From: a virus | Lineage: Duplodnaviria > Caudoviricetes | Reading direction: 5' to 3' (one strand) | IMG/VR virus record: IMGVR_UViG_3300026161_000447 | Coordinates: 22,076-86,075 of that record | Length of the DNA stretch: 64,000 nt | In this document: piece by piece, positions 25,702 through 33,659 of the stretch | Layout: the number at the start of each line of letters is the position of its first letter | How positions within the stretch are numbered: the first letter of the stretch is position 1 | The notes under the pieces: model-generated | Told to the model about the DNA's origin: nothing | Database searches by the model: none | The model's input: only the letters and a program-made list of their open reading frames with translations | Made by a program: the position numbers and the translations under genes

Positions 25702-27182
25702 TGTTCCGCGTCTACACCTATGTTCGCGTCAGTACCCGTGAGCAGGCCGAGGAGGGCGCCTCCCTTGACGCCCAGGAGGCCGCCTGCCGGGCCTATGCCC
25801 TTGACCTCGGCGCTACGAGCATCGAGGTCTTCCGCGACGAGGGCAAGTCCGGCTCGAGCCTCAAGCGGCCGGCGATGCAGGAACTCATCCGGGGCGTCAG
25901 AGACGGCGGTTGCGAAGCCGTGGTCGTCTGGAAGCTCGACCGCCTAAGCCGCTCCGTCGCCGACTGGAGCTACCTGTTCCGGCTCCTCACCGAGCACCAG
26001 GTGGGCTTCGCGTCGGCGACGGAGCGCATCGACGCCACGACGCCCTTCGGCAAGGCCATGCTCTCGATCCTCTCCGTCTTCGCCGAGCTCTTCTTGGACA
26101 TCCTGCGGGAGAACGTGCGGTCGGCGCTGGCGCACATCGCCGGCACCGGCCGCCGCCCCACGGGCGTCGTCTATGGCTACCGCCGCCAGGACGGCCACCT
26201 CGTGTCTGACCCGCACCAGGCGGAGATCGTCCGCGAGGTCTTCCGCCGCTTCGTCGCCGGCGAGTCGATGGCCGCCATCGGCCGCGACCTCCAGGCCCGA
26301 CGTGTTGACACCAAGCGCAAGGGCAAGTTCTGGGATGCCACGGCCATCCGCGACATCCTCCGCAATCCCGTGTATGCCGGGAAGATCACCCACAGGGGGG
26401 AGGTGCTTGAGGGCACGCATGAGGCACTGGTGTCGGACGACGAGTGGGAGAACGCGAGGGCACTGCGCGAGGGGCGCGCCCGCAATCGCGGCCAGGCGGT
26501 AGCGCACTTCAGTGCCCTGTGCCGTTGCGGCCTCTGCGGGGGCTACATGGCGGCGATGACGGTGCAGCGCTCGAAACGTGACGGCTCGCACCTGGACTAC
26601 TACCTCAACTGCGGGGAGCGGTTCCGCGTGCCGCCCTCCGACCGCCACCCCGGTGTGGGTATCGCCGAACTCAAGCTGTCGGCTGTGCTCTGGCGCCACA
26701 CGGAACTGCTGCTGCAGTCGCGAGACCTCTCCGCGGCCGTCAGGCAGCAACACTCCGAGCACGACGATGACAGCAAGGCCATCGAGCGGCGCATCGCCGA
26801 CCTGGACGAGCTTTGCCGGCAGAACCTCGCCATGTACCGTCAGAAGCTCCTGAGCTTCGAGGCCCTGCAGGCCGAAAACGGGCCGTACATCGAGGAGCAG
26901 GAACGCCTGAAGGTATTGCTCTCGGAGAGGGGAAGGCAACAGGCGGCCAGTCTGCAGCAGGCGGCGGCCGTGCGGCCGAGGAGTGTCGCGGGTTTCGTGA
27001 AGCAGATGAGGGGGAGGCCCGTCGAGGAGCAAGTGCTGTTCTTAGGAGCGCTGTACCGACAGGTGGACGTCTACCGAGGCCACATCGTGATCCACTACCA
27101 GGGCGACATCCTGCCAGCGGCCACCCGCTCCACCGCCTTCCGCTATGCCCCACGGCTGGGCATCACGGACGTCGGCTTCTAG
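25701..27182 (+). CDS. int: Large serine recombinase (phage integrase)
   Basis: Catalytic YVRVS; WKLDRLSR; recombinase domain YGY..LRNPVYAG; zinc ribbon CRCGLCG...YYLNC; coiled coil. Confidence 0.95.
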   Translation: MFRVYTYVRVSTREQAEEGASLDAQEAACRAYALDLGATSIEVFRDEGKSGSSLKRPAMQELIRGVRDGGCEAVVVWKLDRLSRSVADWSYLFRLLTEHQVGFASATERIDATTPFGKAMLSILSVFAELFLDILRENVRSALAHIAGTGRRPTGVVYGYRRQDGHLVSDPHQAEIVREVFRRFVAGESMAAIGRDLQARRVDTKRKGKFWDATAIRDILRNPVYAGKITHRGEVLEGTHEALVSDDEWENARALREGRARNRGQAVAHFSALCRCGLCGGYMAAMTVQRSKRDGSHLDYYLNCGERFRVPPSDRHPGVGIAELKLSAVLWRHTELLLQSRDLSAAVRQQHSEHDDDSKAIERRIADLDELCRQNLAMYRQKLLSFEALQAENGPYIEEQERLKVLLSERGRQQAASLQQAAAVRPRSVAGFVKQMRGRPVEEQVLFLGALYRQVDVYRGHIVIHYQGDILPAATRSTAFRYAPRLGITDVGF

Positions 27183-27188
27183 GCAACC

Positions 27189-27238
27189 TGTATGCAGTGC
27201 TCGTGGAACTCGTTCCACATCCACAAGCACTGCATACA
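27189..27238. other. attP-like site of the serine integrase
   Basis: 50 bp: two 24-bp arms matching 20/24 as inverted repeats (outer 13 bp TGTATGCAGTGCT perfect) around central TT at 27213-27214; 6 bp after the int stop. Confidence 0.8.
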
Positions 27239-27262
27239 AAGGGCGCGAGCCCCTGGGGCCCT

Positions 27263-28012
27263 TCACCTCACATAGACCTTGTTCCCGCTCTTCAGCATGG
27301 AGGCGTTGACCACATGCCCCAGGCCCGTCAGCAGGGCCCGGACGTCCGTGGTCACGAGCTTGCCGTCGTCGCCGACGTAGCCCTCGGCCAGCAGCCGGCC
27401 GTCGGCGTGCAGTATCCTCACCGTCGAGCTCGGCAGTGCCCTGGCGGCCTTTGCCGCCGTCTCCTGCCACAGGTCGTACCCCTCGCAGGTCCGCCCCTCC
27501 AGCAGACAGCAAGTCACGTCAGTCGCCTCGAAGTGCATCGGGTCCAGGTACTCCGGAGCCCAGATGCCCCCCCACGTGAAACCCCATTGGAAGAACACGC
27601 GAGACAGCTCGGTGAGAGCGGAGGACACCTGGTCGGGCTTGCAGTGGTAGTTCGTGCCTGGGCCGCGGACGTCCTTGCCGCCCTGGCGGACCTGTGAGAC
27701 GTTGAGGTCCATGGCCACGCCCCACGAGTGCGGGGAGAGTGCCGAACTGCCCCTGACGGTGCGGTAACAGTAGGTGCCACCGTAATCCCCGACGTCGACG
27801 AGCTTCGGGAGGCCGAGATCGCGGATGTCGGAGAAGACGCCGACATAGGCGTCGGCGACGCGCCGGTGCACACTCACCGGTCTGTCGAGCACGGGGAGCC
27901 TGACCGTCGTGAGGTGGTCATCGCCGGGTGGCCCGAACCACTCGGTCATCGCCTTGTTGCGGGTCAGCGGCCGGGGGAGCCCGCGGCGGCCATCATCTGT
28001 GTATACCGGCAT
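27263..28012 (-). CDS. Endolysin, M15-family peptidase with probable C-terminal wall-binding domain
   Basis: GTYCYRTVRG...SPHSWGVAMDLN...WGGIW...DPMHFE; C-terminal DGKLVTTDVRALLTGLG resembles Cu-amine-oxidase N-domain repeats. Confidence 0.9.
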   Translation of the reverse strand: MPVYTDDGRRGLPRPLTRNKAMTEWFGPPGDDHLTTVRLPVLDRPVSVHRRVADAYVGVFSDIRDLGLPKLVDVGDYGGTYCYRTVRGSSALSPHSWGVAMDLNVSQVRQGGKDVRGPGTNYHCKPDQVSSALTELSRVFFQWGFTWGGIWAPEYLDPMHFEATDVTCCLLEGRTCEGYDLWQETAAKAARALPSSTVRILHADGRLLAEGYVGDDGKLVTTDVRALLTGLGHVVNASMLKSGNKVYVR

Positions 28013-28370
28013 TGGTCTCAACTCCTTCCATGCCCATCTCCTCACCGGCGCGCCGGCCCCTCAGAAGCACCTCCACGTCCGGCGCTGGCCCCTCGGTGGC
28101 ATTGCGCACCGCCGCCGTGAGCCGCAGGCAGAGCGCCTCGCGGTCGGTGCCCTCAGGCACGGTGACCGTGATCCGGCCGTACACGCTCCGGTCCCCGGAC
28201 GGGACCCCCGGCGTGCCCGTTAGTTTCGGGTACCACCAACGTGCAGACCATGGTGCGTCCCCCAGCACCTCGGCGACGACGGCCTCGATGGTGCCGGGTA
28301 CGCGGTGGAGGTTGCTGTCCGGGCTGCACTGCTCGACGGTGGCGCGTGGGTCGGCGAAGGTCCAGTTCAT
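27993..28370 (-). CDS. Hypothetical protein (start MNWTFAD)
   Basis: ATGA overlap with the methyltransferase stop. Confidence 0.65.
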   Translation of the reverse strand: MNWTFADPRATVEQCSPDSNLHRVPGTIEAVVAEVLGDAPWSARWWYPKLTGTPGVPSGDRSVYGRITVTVPEGTDREALCLRLTAAVRNATEGPAPDVEVLLRGRRAGEEMGMEGVETNAGIHR

Positions 28371-29413
28371 GTTGCTGCCTCCAGGTCGAGCGCGGGCTGG
28401 TGGGCGCGGCGGGCGGCTGCTATGCGGGCCTCGGCGATGGCGACGTACTCCGGCTCCCGCTCGATGCCGATGAAGTGGCGGCCGGTCTCGACGCAGGCGA
28501 CCTCCGCAGACCCCAAGCCAGAGCACGGGACCACGACGGTGTCATTCTCGTTGCTGCTGGCCTGGATGATCCGGCGCATGATCTCCAGCGGCTTCTGCGC
28601 CACGTGGGCCGTCTGCCCGTTGACCTTCACCCGCTCAGCACCGGCGCATATCGGCACGTCCCAAACATCGGTCACCCCCTGCTGCGGGTTGAATGTGTAG
28701 CGGAGGTCCTCGTACTCTCGGCGGAGGTCCTCCCAGGGTCGCACGAGGTACGGACCGGACCCGTTGCTGCGAGAGTTGAAGAGATCGCGGAGCCATTGAT
28801 AGTTGTCTGCAGTTGGGCAGGCCCATTGCGAGCGCAGAAACCAGTGCCTGGCCATGCCCGTGATAGTGCGCGTCCCCGTGCGCTGCTGGAATGCCTCGGC
28901 TATGTCGCGCACCGACACCCCCGCCCTCTCTCGCTCCGCATTGAGGTACGCCCGGATGGTGTTGTCTTCTCGCGTCACTCCGTCCCATGCGAGGGCGCTG
29001 ATGTCTACCCGCTCGCGGGCGTAGTACAGGCCGTGCTCCGTGGTGACCGGCCACATGCGCCCGTTGTCGTAGCTGTAGCGGTACCCTGGCTTCGTCCACG
29101 TGACCGCCTGCCTGTAGGCCCACCCTCCGCCCATCGCGTCCAGGTCCACCTTGAGCGCCGCCAGCGACTCGAACGTGCCGAACACATACATGCTGCAGTT
29201 GTCCCGGAGCACGCGCGACAGTTGCTCCCAGAGCGGTCGGTACCACTCGCGAAAGGCGTCCCATGAGTCGAACTTGTCCCAGTCGGCCTTGCGCATGTTG
29301 TAGGGACCGTCAACGATGGCGAGCACGGCGCACCCGTCCGGCAACAGGCGCAGGGTCTCGACGGCATCGCCGCACACCACGGTATCCAGCCACCTACTCA
29401 GGTCTGCTGTCAC
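28367..29413 (-). CDS. Beta-class N6A/N4C DNA methyltransferase with internal HTH-like insertion and deviant motifs
   Basis: Motif IV DGPY; HVAQKP; motif I region VVPCSGLGS; insert IRAYLNAERERAGVSVRDIAE...HWFLRSQW. Confidence 0.85.
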   Translation of the reverse strand: MTADLSRWLDTVVCGDAVETLRLLPDGCAVLAIVDGPYNMRKADWDKFDSWDAFREWYRPLWEQLSRVLRDNCSMYVFGTFESLAALKVDLDAMGGGWAYRQAVTWTKPGYRYSYDNGRMWPVTTEHGLYYARERVDISALAWDGVTREDNTIRAYLNAERERAGVSVRDIAEAFQQRTGTRTITGMARHWFLRSQWACPTADNYQWLRDLFNSRSNGSGPYLVRPWEDLRREYEDLRYTFNPQQGVTDVWDVPICAGAERVKVNGQTAHVAQKPLEIMRRIIQASSNENDTVVVPCSGLGSAEVACVETGRHFIGIEREPEYVAIAEARIAAARRAHQPALDLEAAT

Positions 29414-30114
29414 TCTGCAGTCGCCTCCTGGATGTCAAGCGCGGGCTGGTGGGCACGGCGGGCGGCGGCTATGCGCTGCTCTGCGATGGCACAGTACCCG
29501 GCGTCGCGCTCGATGCCGATGAAGTGACGGCCGGTCTCGACGCAGGCAACGGCCGTGGTGCCGCTGCCCAGGAACGGGTCGAGGACGGTGCCGCCTTCGG
29601 GACATGCCAGCGCGACAAGCCACCGCACAACCGACAGGGGCTTTTGGTGCGGATGCCCGGCTGCTTCAGTGTCGCGATTCGCACGAGGCGCCGAGGCTGT
29701 GCGATAGTCGGGACCACCGATGGGCTGCAGTTTGCCGTGCGCCAATATCGGTTCGAATCCATAGGACATCTGCCCACCAAACCTTGGCCGTGGGTCTGGC
29801 TTAACCCACAGGCACAGGCGCGCTCCAGGGAGCGCCTCCGATGCCGATACCAGACGCAACTGAGGGAGGAACATGATGATGGTTGGCGCAATGCGCTTCG
29901 CCTCACTCAGCCACTCGGTGCTCCACTCATCCCAGTCCTCGCGCTCCAGGTGGGCGCTACAGTCAGACCCCGCTCCACACACCCCGCGTCGCCATGCTCC
30001 GGTGCCATATGGCGGGTCTGCGACTACCGCGTCCACGCTTCTGTCCGGCAACTCCCTCAGCACGTCGATGCAGTCACCGCACACCACGCGATCCAGGTAG
30101 GCGTCAAGGCTCAT
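29410..30114 (-). CDS. Beta-class N6A/N4C DNA methyltransferase
   Basis: DPPY; HPHQKP; DPFLGSGTT; FIGIE; start MSLDAYL with GGAGG SD. Confidence 0.92.
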   Translation of the reverse strand: MSLDAYLDRVVCGDCIDVLRELPDRSVDAVVADPPYGTGAWRRGVCGAGSDCSAHLEREDWDEWSTEWLSEAKRIAPTIIMFLPQLRLVSASEALPGARLCLWVKPDPRPRFGGQMSYGFEPILAHGKLQPIGGPDYRTASAPRANRDTEAAGHPHQKPLSVVRWLVALACPEGGTVLDPFLGSGTTAVACVETGRHFIGIERDAGYCAIAEQRIAAARRAHQPALDIQEATAE

Positions 30115-30460
30115 CGGTTCCTCCCAGGTGTCGTCTGTTTGCAGCCTCCCGCAACGGCGCGAAGGCCTCCAGCAGCCGGTGGGCCTCGGCGACCTCCTCC
30201 GGCGTGTACATCTGCTCGCCGCGTGCACGGGCGGCGCGGAGGGCCTTGAGCTTGCGGGTGAAGGCGTCGGAGGGCGCCTCCGGCGTCGCCAACCTCCGCG
30301 CACCGTACAGCGCCTCCAGGTACCTGCGCGGGTCTACCACCCCCGCCATGGTGCAGGCGGCGAGATGCTCGGCGTCGCCGAGCTCGCGGTCACGCATTGT
30401 GCACACCGTCCCCGACCAGTCTTGCGAGAGGCGGCGGGCTACTGCTGCTCGGTAGGGCAT
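30104..30460 (-). CDS. Hypothetical protein
   Basis: GAGGAG SD before ATG 30460. Confidence 0.6.
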   Translation of the reverse strand: MPYRAAVARRLSQDWSGTVCTMRDRELGDAEHLAACTMAGVVDPRRYLEALYGARRLATPEAPSDAFTRKLKALRAARARGEQMYTPEEVAEAHRLLEAFAPLREAANRRHLGGTDEP

Positions 30461-31053
30461 GGCCTGCTCCTCACCCGTCGCTCCAACCACGCACGCCACC
30501 CCATGCGGCAGGGACGCTCGCTCTTGTCTCCGTCGTCGGGCCCCAACGTGCAGTGGCGGTACTCGGAGTAGCTCTGCATCGGGCACGTGGTGCAGCCCCC
30601 GTCGCTCACAAGGTCGATGAGCTCTTGCAGGCAGGCGGCGTCCGTCTGGCGTTGCTCGGCGGTGGCCTGCAGGACAGGGGTGTCGCCGGTGGCCTCGGCG
30701 GCGAGGAGGGCATCGAGGCGTCGGTGGTAGGCGGTGCCGCTGACCGTGGTAGGCGGTGCGTACTCACCGTCCGTGCTGCTCGCGCTGTAGGTCTCTGGCG
30801 GGTCGTGGCACTCCTGCGGCGCGCACTCGTCCATCAGGTCGGTGAGTTCCTGCAGGTCTCGGAGCGCCGAGGCCTCCTCCGGGTGATCGCGCTCAAAGCG
30901 GTCGAGGATGGTGCGGCCTCGGTTGGCGAGGGTGGGCTCCTGCACCGGCATGGCGTACCACGGCCCGCCCTCCGGCGCGTTCGTGGTCAGCGTGTAGGGC
31001 ACAGGCGCCGGTGGGTTGCCGTTGGCGTCGAGGACCTGGAGGTAGTTACTCAC
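30439..31053 (-). CDS. Hypothetical protein with C-terminal Cys module
   Basis: GTGA overlap start; C..CP...C...C..GW. Confidence 0.6.
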   Translation of the reverse strand: MSNYLQVLDANGNPPAPVPYTLTTNAPEGGPWYAMPVQEPTLANRGRTILDRFERDHPEEASALRDLQELTDLMDECAPQECHDPPETYSASSTDGEYAPPTTVSGTAYHRRLDALLAAEATGDTPVLQATAEQRQTDAACLQELIDLVSDGGCTTCPMQSYSEYRHCTLGPDDGDKSERPCRMGWRAWLERRVRSRPCPTEQQ

Positions 31054-31427
31054 CACAGCCTCACCCCGTATCGCAGATACCCGAGCACCTCGCGCGCGGT
31101 CCCGTCCGTGGGCTGCGTGAGCGTCGCGCCGATGCGTAGCCCGTCGTCTGTCTGCCACTTCTGCAGGCTCACGCTGGCGCCGATGGCCTCGTCGCCACCG
31201 ACGGTCAGCGCGTCGACGAATGCAAGATGCTCGCCAAGCACCGGGACCCACTTGGGTAGCGTGGTGCCGATGCTGACAGAGAGCCCGAGGTCCACGGTGC
31301 TGTTGAGTGCAGTCACGCTGCCGCCTTCGACGACGAGGGCCGGTGGCTCTGGCTCCGAAACGTCAGCCGCCCCGGCTGCGGTAGCCGAGGCGGCGAGGAG
31401 AGACAGAAGGAGCAGAGCGGTGCGCAC
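31050..31427 (-). CDS. Exported protein with beta-barrel-like strands (outer-membrane candidate)
   Basis: Signal peptide MRTALLLLSLLAASATAAGA; about six amphipathic strands; terminal YLRYGVRLW beta-signal-like motif. Confidence 0.7.
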   Translation of the reverse strand: MRTALLLLSLLAASATAAGAADVSEPEPPALVVEGGSVTALNSTVDLGLSVSIGTTLPKWVPVLGEHLAFVDALTVGGDEAIGASVSLQKWQTDDGLRIGATLTQPTDGTAREVLGYLRYGVRLW

Positions 31428-31912
31428 TACTCATCACCGCCCGGCCTGTCGGCGTGGAAGGATTCCCGTAGGCTGCCAATCTTGTCTGCGAAGCCAATGG
31501 CCTCGGCGACGGCGGTTGCTGGCGCGGAGAGGGCCGCGAGCTGTGCTTCCAGGGCGGCGATGCGGGCGTTGGCGGCAGTGAGCTCGTTGGTGAGTGTGGC
31601 GACCTTGCCCATTGTCGTATCGCGGACGGCCAGTGCTACCTCGATGTCCTTGGCGTCGATGCGAAGGCGCTTCGCGAGCGGTTGGTCCAAGGCCCACTCA
31701 AGTTTCTGCCAGCCGGCTGCTCCGGACAATTCGCGGTCTGCCGCTTCGATGAGTTTCAGTGCCACTGGGCCGAGTAGAGGGACCTTCTGGCTGGCCGCCC
31801 AAGCGCGGAGGGCGTCAAGCCCACCGGCCTTCCAGGCTCCGATGAGCACCGCCGCCAATGCCAGCACGAGGCGCACCACGAAGTCCGTCATTTCTTGTGT
31901 CCACCATTCCAT
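31427..31912 (-). CDS. Holin, LL-H-family-like
   Basis: N-terminal TM FVVRLVLALAAVLIGAW; LIEAAD...G.QKLEWAL...DIEVAL; coiled C-tail. Confidence 0.7.
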   Translation of the reverse strand: MEWWTQEMTDFVVRLVLALAAVLIGAWKAGGLDALRAWAASQKVPLLGPVALKLIEAADRELSGAAGWQKLEWALDQPLAKRLRIDAKDIEVALAVRDTTMGKVATLTNELTAANARIAALEAQLAALSAPATAVAEAIGFADKIGSLRESFHADRPGGDE

Positions 31913-31950
31913 GATCTACACCCCTCTTGCCGGTGTCCCCGGCTAGTGAT

Positions 31951-32241
31951 CTACTGCCCGCCGACCCTCTCCGAGAGCCGGTCGATCTTGATCTCGATGC
32001 GGTCCAAGCGCTTCTCGATCCCCGCCATCTGCTCATCGTGCAGTTCCCGCTGGACGTATGTCCCGTCCAGCTCCACTCTCGTGTGGTGCACATTGCAGTC
32101 GCGGGTATGCGAGTCTACACGTGTCCATGCTGCTGCCCCGCCCACGAGCAATAGGACGAGCGTGAGAATGAAGGGTGGCGAAACCAGGGCTCGCCACCAA
32201 CCTGAGTAGCCGTTGCCGTTCGTGCTGCCGTTCGCTGCCAT
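31951..32241 (-). CDS. Single-TM coiled-coil lysis-associated protein (XhlA-like / holin partner)
   Basis: PPFILTLVLLLVGGAAAW then IEKRLDRIEIKIDRL. Confidence 0.65.
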   Translation of the reverse strand: MAANGSTNGNGYSGWWRALVSPPFILTLVLLLVGGAAAWTRVDSHTRDCNVHHTRVELDGTYVQRELHDEQMAGIEKRLDRIEIKIDRLSERVGGQ

Positions 32242-32313
32242 GTGCGGTTGCCCCCAGAACTGGCGAAGCCCGCCGAAGTGGCGGGCCGCGGGGTCGTGCG
32301 TCTCGTTGTATCG

Positions 32314-32697
32314 CTACGCGTCCAGGTGTCGATGCAGGGGCTCGCCTGGCGGCGCCACCACCTCCCATGCGGTCTGCCCGTCTGTCGCCCGCCACAGCCA
32401 CAGCCCGGGCTCCTCGCGCCGCACCCATCGCAGGCTGGTCTCCGATGTCACAGCCCCAGTCGCAAGGCCCTTGCGGGTGATGAGAGACTGCCCGCACACC
32501 AGCCGGCAGCCGTCCGCCTCCAGCGCCACCGCCACGTGGCCGAGCATCACAGCCGCCACGGTGATCCTGCGCCCGCTCTCGGCTGCGAGGCGCTCTAGGG
32601 CCGCCCAGGGGCTGCAGTCGTCGGCGCGCAGGGCAGGCTCCGTCATGGTCCAGCCCGTACCGTCGTCCAGCGTCGCCAGCCAGCCGTCGAGTGCCAC
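32314..32697 (-). CDS. Hypothetical protein
   Basis: 127 aa; adjacent to upstream stop. Confidence 0.6.
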   Translation of the reverse strand: MALDGWLATLDDGTGWTMTEPALRADDCSPWAALERLAAESGRRITVAAVMLGHVAVALEADGCRLVCGQSLITRKGLATGAVTSETSLRWVRREEPGLWLWRATDGQTAWEVVAPPGEPLHRHLDA

Positions 32698-32698
32698 G

Positions 32699-33274
32699 CT
32701 ACACCAACTCCACTGCGACCTTGAGTGTGCCGCTCAGGCTGCCCCGCGCCGTTGGTACCACGCTGATGGCAAAGTACAGGTCGTGCGTGGCGGCCGATGC
32801 GCTGGTGCCCAGGTCGAGGGCAGCCGCGCTCCCGCCGATGTCCGACCACGATGCCCCGCCTTGCTTGACTCCGTAGGCGGTGAAGCCCGTGGGCGCGTTG
32901 GCTTCCGCTGCCCCGTAGACCCAGGCTTCCGCTGCTGTCACCTCGCCATTGGTCGGGTCGCAGACCACGTGCGCATTGATGCACTCGGTGGTCAGCAGGT
33001 TGGCGACGTCCTCTGTCTCGCCGCCGTCGATCTGGCAGGTTCCGGCGGCCACGTAGGCGACATTGTGCGCGTGGGCGACGTCGCACACATCCACCCCGCC
33101 ATCGGTCTCGACGTGCATCCCGCCGTTGGCGTCGCCGACGAGTATCCGCCCGGAACTGGTAGGGTCGTGGGCCCCTGCCTTCTGGAACCTCAATACGTCC
33201 GTGGCCCCCATCGCCTCCCACGCCACACCCGATCCGCTGTTGATGTTGAGTCTGAGACTCACGCTGTCGGCCAT
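32699..33274 (-). CDS. Putative virion structural beta protein
   Basis: 191 aa Gly/Ala/Thr-rich all-beta composition; GAGGAG SD. Confidence 0.7.
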   Translation of the reverse strand: MADSVSLRLNINSGSGVAWEAMGATDVLRFQKAGAHDPTSSGRILVGDANGGMHVETDGGVDVCDVAHAHNVAYVAAGTCQIDGGETEDVANLLTTECINAHVVCDPTNGEVTAAEAWVYGAAEANAPTGFTAYGVKQGGASWSDIGGSAAALDLGTSASAATHDLYFAISVVPTARGSLSGTLKVAVELV

Positions 33275-33278
33275 ATCA

Positions 33279-33659
33279 TCACTCCTCGTCTACCAGGATT
33301 GTCGGCACAACAGTCACCGCCCCCCTGAGAACTGCAATGACGGCCCCTCCGATGAACAGCGTGCTACCGGCTGGGAACGTCACCTCCACCTCGTAGGTGT
33401 AGTCACCGGGTAGCCAGTCGTCTGTGCTTGAGCTCTCGGCGCGGGCAATGAACTTGCCGTCCAGGGGCTCGTGGGGCGTGACCGGCGATGGCCCGACGAC
33501 GGCGTCTCCGGCGTCGTCGACGAGCGTGAAGGTCACCGTGCAGTCTGTGAGGTTCACCGGCGCGCCGTTGTGCCACAGCTCCACTGGGATGTAGAGCGTC
33601 TTGCCCTGTACTAACCGCACGCCGCGGTCAAGCGGCAGGTCCTCGAAGTTGACCCTCAT
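33279..33659 (-). CDS. BppU N-terminal-like (Ig-like) tail-associated protein
   Basis: QGKTLYIPVEL..NG.PVNLT...G.YTYEVEV. Confidence 0.65.
   Translation of the reverse strand: MRVNFEDLPLDRGVRLVQGKTLYIPVELWHNGAPVNLTDCTVTFTLVDDAGDAVVGPSPVTPHEPLDGKFIARAESSSTDDWLPGDYTYEVEVTFPAGSTLFIGGAVIAVLRGAVTVVPTILVDEE

Noticed and set aside
29750-29760. GGTTCGAATCC, a tRNA T-loop-like word
   Set aside because: No T-stem pairing or cloverleaf; it is the antisense of MTase codons (YGFEPI)
31815-32241. Embedded o-spanin lipoprotein inside the lysis genes
   Set aside because: No lipobox-bearing ORF with a signal peptide in the alternative frames
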